Shown here: piece by piece, positions 39,180 through 46,713 of the stretch
Position numbering within the stretch: the first letter of the stretch is position 1
How the letters are laid out: each line of letters opens with the position of its first letter
NCBI GenBank assembly: GCA_035549295.1
Contig: DASZRG010000026.1
Coordinates: forward strand, 1 to 62,174
Reading direction: 5' to 3'
Source: Patescibacteria group bacterium
Lineage (GTDB): Bacteria > Patescibacteriota > Microgenomatia > Levybacterales > GWA1-39-11
Length of the DNA stretch: 62,174 nt
Notes under the pieces: model-generated
What the model was told of the DNA's origin: nothing
Seen by the model: the letters and a program-made list of their open reading frames with translations, nothing else
Database searches by the model: none
Position numbers and translations under genes: made by a program

Positions 39180-41468
39180 ATGGCTAACGAAACACTAAGG
39201 AGCCCTGAACATTTGTTATCTAACAGAAAACCCGTATTTGAAGGCGGTGCTTTTGATATCTCCGTTTTGTCTGAATCACCTACGGGACTTCAAGTTGTAA
39301 CAGATAAAACACTTAAGGTTAGTGAATTTTTCCCTGTCAACGCAGAGGGCAAAAAAGTATCTCCACTCAACCCTGACCAGCGCAAACAACTTGGAGAATC
39401 AATAAAGCTTGATGTTGACCGTGCACTCAGAAATGCAGTTGGACCTATAACTCCAGAGCACGATGAAGTTGAAGAACGAAAAAGAGAAACAGTACTTCGC
39501 GACATGCTCTCTCGCGGCAACTTTTCAGAAGAAAGAATTGAAGAAGCTGTCGCAAACATGCGTACTCATGAGGAAAAAATCAAATTTGATACGGCAAGGA
39601 GAAAAGCTATCGAGTCAATGACTGCTGCTGAACATACAAGATATCTTTTAAATTACTCTAATACTTTAAAAGTTGGCCTGAGAAACAAAGAAGAAAACAG
39701 CGGAACTATCACAACCGACCTTATAAGTGTGCCATATTTTGTATACAGGCTTTTTAACAAACCCGAGCTTAGCCCAGAAATTCATGCTTTTAGTGCAAAT
39801 TCGGCTGCGTCACTAATAGTTAGAACTCGCGGCGAAAATGGACAACGTGGTAAATTTATTGTTCAGCATAGACGTCACAATCAGCTATATGATGATATTC
39901 CAGGTGCATCGGCCGCCGGAATTTACGATGCAAAAATCAAAAGACATGGTAATGGTACGATAGAGCCGATAACTGAAAACGGTGTAGTCGGTCATGCTCT
40001 AAAGGAAACAGGTGAGGAAATTGGCCTCAAAAAAAATACAAAAATTGAGCCAATTAATACAGAAACACTTATTGAATTTGCAGAAGAAAAACTTCAGGCT
40101 GAAACAGGCGAAGAGAGACAAGCTATCAAGAATATTCGAATTACTGGACTTGCTCACGACAAAGTTGCTGTTCATGACGAATTCCTACTTTTTGCAGATA
40201 CAGATCTGACATATCAAGAACTTCTCGCCAATGCAAGACGTGCACCTCGTCAAGAAAAGCTTGATGACTTTGACTTTAGAGAAAAATTCTTTGCAATTGA
40301 TGCAACGGCTGAGGCTATAGAAAAGCTTATCGCAGAAAGTGAATGCCCACTACCTCCTACTCATTCAGCCGCATTTGTAGCAGCAGGATACCTATTGGTA
40401 CTTGAAGAAAAGGGACACGAAGCGGCAGAAGCATGGAAAACTGATATTCAGAAAAAATTCACTGACAATTGGAACAAAATAAATAGAAAGGCAGCAGACT
40501 TTCATCAAAGTCATCCTGAAATAAAAGAGAAATACCCAAATATCAACACTGAGGGCTACGACCCTAGCCTTATACCAGAGCTGCAAGGACTACCAAATCT
40601 AGAAGATGAACTTGATCGCTTAGGTATAAAAGAAGTTGAACAAGTTGACGAGGCATTTATCGTAGATGCAGATGGAGTTTTGACCGATATTCACACTAAA
40701 GAACTTGAACCCGGAATTGTTGATGAAATTATTGGAATTCTTGAAAACTCGACAATGTGTATCAATACTGGTCGATCACGCATTTGGTTTGAACAAATTG
40801 AAAATGCTATTAAAAACAGGATCATGGAACAGAAAAAAGATATGGAAATGATGAGAAACCTTTTTGTCGCCTGCGAGATGGGTGGCGTAACAATTGAATA
40901 TGACAGACATGGGAATGCGACTGAAAATATTGATCCCGAGCTAACAATACCTGAGGATCTAAAAAATGATCTAAGAACTCTTGCATCAAGATATGATTAT
41001 GGAGTTTTTTATGATGAGGAAAAAAAGACAATGGCGACCCTTGAAAGACAGAGAGACTACTCTCAAGATGATTTCAAAAACGAACTCCAAAACAAAGTAT
41101 TTGGCGAGATTTCAGCTCTCGTAGGACTGCATGAGGCATCTGAAAATTTAAAGTTTGCAAAGACAACTATTGCGATCGATGTTCAGGATAAAAAGGCAGA
41201 CAAAGGACTGGGCGCTAGAAAGTATAACGAGTGGCTTGCAAAAAGAAAGATAAAACCTGCCAAATTCATTGCTATGGGCGACAGTGAGAACGATGAAGAC
41301 ATGGCAAGCGAGCTTGCAAATGAGGGTGAAAATGTAGATTTTGTTTACGTAGGTACAGGAGATTTATCAAAAGATGGCAACCCTCAACACAACCGCGTTC
41401 AAGCTGCACCGTTTTACTCTGCCCTGGCCGCCCGCTTCCTTCGCGAACACCGACTAAGTAGATCTTAA
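39180..41468 (+). CDS. Multidomain protein: unknown N-terminal region, Nudix-like fold with degenerate Nudix box, C-terminal HAD-IIB-type phosphatase
   Basis: GHALKETGEEIGL resembles the Nudix box GxxxxxExxxxxxxREUxEExGU, with R replaced by K. HAD motifs are FIVDADGVLTD (DxDxT) and GDSENDEDMA. Confidence 0.65.
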   Translation: MANETLRSPEHLLSNRKPVFEGGAFDISVLSESPTGLQVVTDKTLKVSEFFPVNAEGKKVSPLNPDQRKQLGESIKLDVDRALRNAVGPITPEHDEVEERKRETVLRDMLSRGNFSEERIEEAVANMRTHEEKIKFDTARRKAIESMTAAEHTRYLLNYSNTLKVGLRNKEENSGTITTDLISVPYFVYRLFNKPELSPEIHAFSANSAASLIVRTRGENGQRGKFIVQHRRHNQLYDDIPGASAAGIYDAKIKRHGNGTIEPITENGVVGHALKETGEEIGLKKNTKIEPINTETLIEFAEEKLQAETGEERQAIKNIRITGLAHDKVAVHDEFLLFADTDLTYQELLANARRAPRQEKLDDFDFREKFFAIDATAEAIEKLIAESECPLPPTHSAAFVAAGYLLVLEEKGHEAAEAWKTDIQKKFTDNWNKINRKAADFHQSHPEIKEKYPNINTEGYDPSLIPELQGLPNLEDELDRLGIKEVEQVDEAFIVDADGVLTDIHTKELEPGIVDEIIGILENSTMCINTGRSRIWFEQIENAIKNRIMEQKKDMEMMRNLFVACEMGGVTIEYDRHGNATENIDPELTIPEDLKNDLRTLASRYDYGVFYDEEKKTMATLERQRDYSQDDFKNELQNKVFGEISALVGLHEASENLKFAKTTIAIDVQDKKADKGLGARKYNEWLAKRKIKPAKFIAMGDSENDEDMASELANEGENVDFVYVGTGDLSKDGNPQHNRVQAAPFYSALAARFLREHRLSRS

Positions 41469-41596
41469 AGATTGAAGAATAAAGATTAAAGAACAAAAAG
41501 CAAATATATCTCCCCTATCCAATCTATTTGATATTTAATATCGTTTGGACACTTCATTCCACGATCGTGGAACCTTATGTCCAAAATATCATCTAG

Positions 41597-41611
41597 TGCT
41601 ATAATGGCGGC
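41597..41611 (+). promoter_or_regulatory. Extended -10 promoter TGcTATAAT placed 6 nt before the ATG (predicted leaderless)
   Basis: TATAAT at 41600-41605 and ATG at 41612. Confidence 0.55.
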
Positions 41612-42088
41612 ATGCGAGAGATCGAGCCTGAAATTCACGACAGTCCCAAAAAACTACCTGCCACCAGATACGTCAGAACAACAGAACATCTTCGAGGCTT
41701 TGATGAAATCTATCAATTGACCTCGGGAAATAAAAGACTTGAGTTAATGATTGCCTATGAAGCAGATAGAATAAACGCCCAGACTCACCTTGGCACTATT
41801 GAAAACAAAGCTAAAAAAGACGGTTCAACTACGTCTTGCTATTTAGTAGCAAAAGATCTAATGCAAGAGTTAGCTTCGAAAAAAGGCATGCGGGTTGATT
41901 ATCTACTCGATACAACAGAGCCAAGCATGATTACTTGGGCTAGAACTGCTGGACTTGAAATATTCAATTTTTATGAAGCAAGCTATGGATGGAGCCCTAT
42001 CAAACACGCAATAAGATTCGTAGCCCGCGCGACAATCAACCCTGAGCAAGATTCTAAGGTAAGAGTTAGCGGAAATGAGAAGGGTTAA
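41612..42088 (+). CDS. Hypothetical protein
   Basis: 158-aa ORF with a leaderless-type promoter. No family recognised. Confidence 0.6.
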   Translation: MREIEPEIHDSPKKLPATRYVRTTEHLRGFDEIYQLTSGNKRLELMIAYEADRINAQTHLGTIENKAKKDGSTTSCYLVAKDLMQELASKKGMRVDYLLDTTEPSMITWARTAGLEIFNFYEASYGWSPIKHAIRFVARATINPEQDSKVRVSGNEKG

Positions 42089-42108
42089 ACTTTGTCAATT
42101 GTCACATG

Positions 42109-42957
42109 TCAGTTGTCAGTTGTTACTTTCGTCGTCGCACCATCGCTTATTATCTCTATCGTCCCGACTTCATCAGTTCGTTTATACGGCACATTATACT
42201 TTTTAAGAAGCGCGAGAACGCTAGGCTTCGGATGGTGGTAACGGTTGTGATACCCCACCGAAATGGGCACAAAACCGGGGTGAATTATATTGAAAGTCAG
42301 ATCATCCACTCCAGTATCTGACCCATGATGAGGAATTTTAAACAAGTCTAAATTATGAGGCACAGGAAGTGTATCAAGAATCTGATAGGTTATATCTCCC
42401 GTAAATAAACCCTTAAAGTTTTTATAAGTCAGAAGCTGTACAAGAGAATATGGATTGGTGTCAGTTGATGTGAAGCCTTTTTCGGGCCAAAGCGTAGTTA
42501 GCACGACACCATCTGAAACAACAAAGCGATCACCGGTCGTTATAAGTCTTGATGGTATCCCCTGCTCCTTGATGTCGCGAATAAGTGTCGCGAAAATGGC
42601 AGTATTATTTTTGTTATCGAGCGTCGAAGTATTGAACGAAAGCACCTTATAATTTTCTAGGACCTGAGTGAGTCCACCTATGTGGTCAGCATCCGGATGA
42701 GTCGCGAACATTTCTTCAATATCATGATCCCAAAAAGGCAAGTTCTTTGAAAGACATGCAACCATCTTTCCATTTTCAGGTCCTCCATCTATTACGATAT
42801 CGGCATTTTCAGGTGTTCTTATCAAAATACCATCCCCCTGCCCTACGTCACACACAAAAATATGTAATTTCTTATCAGACAAATACTGTGACTGATAGTA
42901 AAAAACGAGAATTAAGGCTAAAAAACAGAAGAAAATTATGATAAAAACTCGTTTCAT
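42109..42957 (-). CDS. comEC: ComEC C-terminal metallo-beta-lactamase-fold module encoded as a separate ORF with its own N-terminal TM helix
   Basis: VCDVGQGDGILI, HPDADHIGGL and HHGS. Confidence 0.8.
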   Translation of the reverse strand: MKRVFIIIFFCFLALILVFYYQSQYLSDKKLHIFVCDVGQGDGILIRTPENADIVIDGGPENGKMVACLSKNLPFWDHDIEEMFATHPDADHIGGLTQVLENYKVLSFNTSTLDNKNNTAIFATLIRDIKEQGIPSRLITTGDRFVVSDGVVLTTLWPEKGFTSTDTNPYSLVQLLTYKNFKGLFTGDITYQILDTLPVPHNLDLFKIPHHGSDTGVDDLTFNIIHPGFVPISVGYHNRYHHPKPSVLALLKKYNVPYKRTDEVGTIEIISDGATTKVTTDN

Positions 42958-43026
42958 TAAGTATTCTAGCGGACTTCCCGTATGCTAATTTATGCAAATT
43001 CTTACTGCGAATTGATGCATATGATA

Positions 43027-44016
43027 TCATTTGGATATAGTTGTTGGGTTTTTTGAAAACTTTAGCCAAATTGCCGCAACTATTAGATAGTAACCGGCGA
43101 CCAGAGTCCACGGAACTGTCTTCAATTCTACCATCTGCGAGTGTTTTGCAAAGTAGTCAATCACCAGAAAGAAGTATGAAAGAAGAGGTAGACAGAGATA
43201 CACGAGAGGTGCAGCAAGAACTGGAATTGGCGAAAGTATTGCCGCGATTCCACCCAATACCATAAGCGGCGGAACAGTCCACAGAACTAAAAAATTGGTG
43301 ACAATAGATATGACCGAATAACTTCCGAAGAATAAAAGCAAAATAGGAGTCGTCGCAATTTGGGCCGAGATAGTTGTCCTGAAATCTTCGAAAAAATCAC
43401 TCTTCATCACTCTTTTCATGATGGGGTCAAAGAGTATTATTCCCGCAGTTGCGGTAAAAGAAAGAATAAAGGAAATCGAAGTAATCACACTTGGGTCATA
43501 AAAGATCATAACAAAGGCTGTGAAAAGGAGCGCAATAAGTGAAGTATTTTGCCGTCCGACTATTCCAGCGCCCAGCGCAACAGTCCCCATGATAGCAGCT
43601 CGCATAATAGATGCTTGAAAATCAGCGAGTGCTGCATAGAAAAATATAACAAGAATTGTTGCCACCAAAGCGTGCTGTCGCCTCAAAAATAGGATCAAAA
43701 ATCCTAGCACAAAGGACGTTGCCATGCTAATGTTCATACCTGATGCTGCGATGATATGGAGCACTCCGGTCTTTTGGAAATTTTTCATCGCAGTCTTATC
43801 TAGAGTTTTATCCCCAAATACTATTCCCATTAGAAGATCTGCATCCTGCCCGCCCAAATACTCACCATAAACCTGCCTGATATGAGACTTCATCTCCGTG
43901 AAAATGCTAGGAGCGGGCTTTTCACTCGTGACTATTCCCGCAGACTGAGCCGAGGGATGATAGAAGTACAGACGAAGCGAGAGAAGAAGCAGGAGGATGA
44001 GAAAGAAGCGTATCAT
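43027..44016 (-). CDS. comEC: ComEC/Rec2 competence (DNA channel) membrane domain
   Basis: LLMGIVFGDKTLDKTAMKNFQKTGVLHIIAASGMNISM; polytopic membrane protein of 329 aa. Confidence 0.85.
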   Translation of the reverse strand: MIRFFLILLLLLSLRLYFYHPSAQSAGIVTSEKPAPSIFTEMKSHIRQVYGEYLGGQDADLLMGIVFGDKTLDKTAMKNFQKTGVLHIIAASGMNISMATSFVLGFLILFLRRQHALVATILVIFFYAALADFQASIMRAAIMGTVALGAGIVGRQNTSLIALLFTAFVMIFYDPSVITSISFILSFTATAGIILFDPIMKRVMKSDFFEDFRTTISAQIATTPILLLFFGSYSVISIVTNFLVLWTVPPLMVLGGIAAILSPIPVLAAPLVYLCLPLLSYFFLVIDYFAKHSQMVELKTVPWTLVAGYYLIVAAIWLKFSKNPTTISK

Positions 44017-44018
44017 AG

Positions 44019-44129
44019 TTAGTATTAAGTATTATGTAGGAAGTATTAAGCAAGTTAACGAGTTAACGAGTTAAAGTGTTAACGAGTTTTGCATTCTCAT
44101 TATTCATTCTTCATTATTCTTTATTCATT
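44019..44129. repeat. Composite word element, copy C
   Basis: TAGTATTAAGTATTATGTAGGAAGTATTAAGCAAGTTAACGAGTTAACGAGTTAAAGTGTTAACGAGTTTTGCATTCTCATTATTCATTCTTCATTATTCTTTATTCATT. Confidence 0.8.
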
Positions 44130-44788
44130 TATAAACTGATAAGGTCTCGTATCTTATCCATCGTCTTTTGCGTGATGGATTTTTTGCTGACGAGTTCGTC
44201 GAGCGACGAATATGGGCGGTTGTTGATGATCTTTGCAGCACTTACTGGGCCAATTGCAGGAAGACCCTCAAGCTGCTCTTCGCTTGCACTATTAACCGAA
44301 ACTAATCCTCCTGCATTTTCCGGATTAATATTGCCCGTGATACTTGTGGTACCCTTGATACCCGTGATACTCATGTCCACAGTACCCGTGATACCTTTAA
44401 CTTCTTCACCCTTTGCTGGAATATAAACCTTCTGGCCGTCGTATACTTTGGCCGCAAGGTTCACTGCATTGCGGTCTGCCACGGCTCCCATACCACCAGC
44501 AGCAATTAGCGCATCCTGAACTCGCGCATCACCAGATAGCTCATAAACCCCTGGCTTGAGAACTTGGCCCTCAACATCTACCTTTATTTTGCCACTTGGC
44601 GTAACTGATGTAGCTACTCCAGCCACCTGCTCACCTCTCTCAAATTTGACTGTAGCTGTCTTCTGCCCAGCTATCTGCATCACTCCAATTGCCAAAAATA
44701 TTAATCCAAGAACGAGAAGTCCTATAAAAAGCACATTACCTGAGACAAAACGTGAGAGTCTCTCCTGAAAACTACCTGAATCTTCCAT
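44129..44788 (-). CDS. comEA: ComEA DNA receptor (TM, SLBB-like domain, repeat-derived linker, helix-hairpin-helix)
   Basis: C-terminal VNSASEEQLEGLPAIGPVSAAKIINNRPYSSLDEL, with an N-terminal TM helix. Confidence 0.85.
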   Translation of the reverse strand: MEDSGSFQERLSRFVSGNVLFIGLLVLGLIFLAIGVMQIAGQKTATVKFERGEQVAGVATSVTPSGKIKVDVEGQVLKPGVYELSGDARVQDALIAAGGMGAVADRNAVNLAAKVYDGQKVYIPAKGEEVKGITGTVDMSITGIKGTTSITGNINPENAGGLVSVNSASEEQLEGLPAIGPVSAAKIINNRPYSSLDELVSKKSITQKTMDKIRDLISL

Positions 44789-44852
44789 GAGTTTAGTATT
44801 ATTCGTCCGAGGTTATGAAGTCAAGTGACATCTCCCTTGAGAGAGACGCTTC

Positions 44853-45860
44853 CTAAGGCCTTCTTAGACTTACAATGTTATTACTCTTGGATAAATCCTC
44901 TATACACCTCAACGTTTCTTCATGTCCATTGATCATATAATATCTATCTGTCCCTGACTGCGCACCAGTATGACGCGAGACATATGGATGTCTAACGCGA
45001 GCAACCGGCAGACCCTCATCTCTGAGCTCTTCATATAAATCGTTTACCATTGGATAACGAACACTATACCCTCCATCCCTGACTCCTGTCGATAGTGGAA
45101 CCAAAACACCCAAGCGAGCCATAAAATCAGCCGTACTCCATGCCTTACGACTTTCAAGAAATCTCAAGAAATTTGAGGCTTGACGGTCGTCCAAGAGACC
45201 ATCTCTCATAAAACCAATTATTTTGTACAGTTGGTCTCGACCCAAGCTCATATCAATTGAAGGATCGCCTCCTGAACCATCTAGAATTCTCTCGATATGA
45301 TCTGACTTTTGCTGCTTAATCATCTTCTTGTGGTTTTCCCTAAGCTGTTTGAGGCTAAGAATTCGTCTCTCTGAGTATTGCGCTATTGAGTTTGCAGGGC
45401 CGCGCCCACCAGTCTTTTTTTTAAAGTTTTTTCCCGGTTCGAGCCCAAATTCAAACTCATATGGTGATTTACTACTTGAAACAAGAGAATACTGCCAAAT
45501 ACTCTTACCATGAGCCTTTGCATGACTCTCAACAAGCCTCCACTCTGTAGGCTCAATAAAATCTGAGAACAATTTACGAGCTCTCGCAGCCTTTGGATAG
45601 TCATTGTCGTTAATTATTCTAGGTGTTTTTTCAGCCCTAGCCCTGGGTTCATCATCAGATTCTTCTTTAACGTCTCTTTGTGCTAAAACCAACTCACTGA
45701 ATGGAACGCTTACTGCATTTCCATCTGTAGATCGCTTGGCTGCATCTATCAAAATATATCCGACTAGCGCAGCCGCGCCTGTTATCTCGCGATCACCTAG
45801 CTTCAAGACAGCTACTGGGCTCTCTAAATTTATTGGCACTTCTGCTGACATAATGCTCAT
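44853..45860 (-). CDS. Hypothetical protein
   Basis: 335-aa ORF. A TATAAT at 45864-45859 lies 7 nt before the in-frame ATG at 45851, so the true start may be 45851. Confidence 0.6.
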   Translation of the reverse strand: MSIMSAEVPINLESPVAVLKLGDREITGAAALVGYILIDAAKRSTDGNAVSVPFSELVLAQRDVKEESDDEPRARAEKTPRIINDNDYPKAARARKLFSDFIEPTEWRLVESHAKAHGKSIWQYSLVSSSKSPYEFEFGLEPGKNFKKKTGGRGPANSIAQYSERRILSLKQLRENHKKMIKQQKSDHIERILDGSGGDPSIDMSLGRDQLYKIIGFMRDGLLDDRQASNFLRFLESRKAWSTADFMARLGVLVPLSTGVRDGGYSVRYPMVNDLYEELRDEGLPVARVRHPYVSRHTGAQSGTDRYYMINGHEETLRCIEDLSKSNNIVSLRRP

Positions 45861-45864
45861 TATA
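45852..45864 (-). promoter_or_regulatory. TATAAT placed 7 nt before the ATG at 45851 (predicted leaderless)
   Basis: The minus strand reads TATAAT-GAGCATT-ATG. Confidence 0.45.
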
Positions 45865-45915
45865 AAGTCTTTCCGAGGCTAAATCAATTATTATAAGACT
45901 AACTATAAGATTTTA

Positions 45916-45930
45916 TGCTATAATCCCACT
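45916..45930 (+). promoter_or_regulatory. Extended -10 promoter TGcTATAAT placed 6 nt before the ATG (predicted leaderless)
   Basis: TATAAT at 45919-45924 and ATG at 45931. Confidence 0.55.
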
Positions 45931-46638
45931 ATGGTATACGAAGATCTTCGCGGAAGGCTCGCAAATTATCCTGAAAACCAAAGCCCAGCTCAACAGCAAG
46001 CGCTTGAGGCTGCTTTCAATATATTAGAAATGAATGGAGTTGTCGATCTTCGAAGCAAACTTGGTCCTCAACCAGAAAAAACCACCATATCACCCGAGGC
46101 TGTAGAACGCGCAAATAGCCTGAGACATCAATATCTAAAAGGTCTTCCAAACTTCAATAATATATTCATGAATAACATAGGAGTTGATGAAAAAATTATC
46201 GGACTATCAGGTACACCAATATACACTCTTGGTAGCTATATCACCTCGGCAATCTTAAGCGATAGGGAACGTCTAGACTGGAATGGAGGAGCTAGTGCTG
46301 AAACAGAAGTAAAGATAGATGGCTATATCCTAGATGCAGAAAATGCATTACTAGAATCACTGGATTTTACAGATGCAGAAAATACACCAATATCAGAATT
46401 CTTAGCAGATGTGAAAAGACGCGGAGGATTATTAAATCGTGGCTACCCTGATGAAATATACGGATACCGCAATCCCTATATGCTGCCTCGAATAAAAACT
46501 GTGGGTCATTTTACAATGAGAACCGAGTCCGAAATTGAAAGTAATAGCAATTTTGGAACTATGAGAATGGAAGAAACAAGAAAAAGACTCACCGCACTAG
46601 GACTTGCATTCGCAACCGAAACCCTACCCCAAGCCTAG
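45931..46638 (+). CDS. Hypothetical protein with a C-terminal helix-hairpin-helix resembling the RNA polymerase alpha C-terminal domain
   Basis: GHFTMRTESEIESNSNFGTMRMEETRKRLTALGL resembles the alpha-CTD pattern (L..tE.EL..i.NFGkkSl.Ei..kL..lGL). Match made by eye only. Confidence 0.5.
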   Translation: MVYEDLRGRLANYPENQSPAQQQALEAAFNILEMNGVVDLRSKLGPQPEKTTISPEAVERANSLRHQYLKGLPNFNNIFMNNIGVDEKIIGLSGTPIYTLGSYITSAILSDRERLDWNGGASAETEVKIDGYILDAENALLESLDFTDAENTPISEFLADVKRRGGLLNRGYPDEIYGYRNPYMLPRIKTVGHFTMRTESEIESNSNFGTMRMEETRKRLTALGLAFATETLPQA

Positions 46639-46644
46639 TTTTTC

Positions 46645-46667
46645 CTGCCAAGATCAGATCTTGGCAG
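46645..46667. terminator. Perfect palindrome CTGCCAAGATC-A-GATCTTGGCAG between convergent genes
   Basis: 11-bp arms, located between the stops at 46638 (+) and 46714 (-). Confidence 0.55.
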
Positions 46668-46713
46668 ACGAATTGGATTGCGGAATCAGGCTAATCAATG
46701 CGGTTTAGATTAA

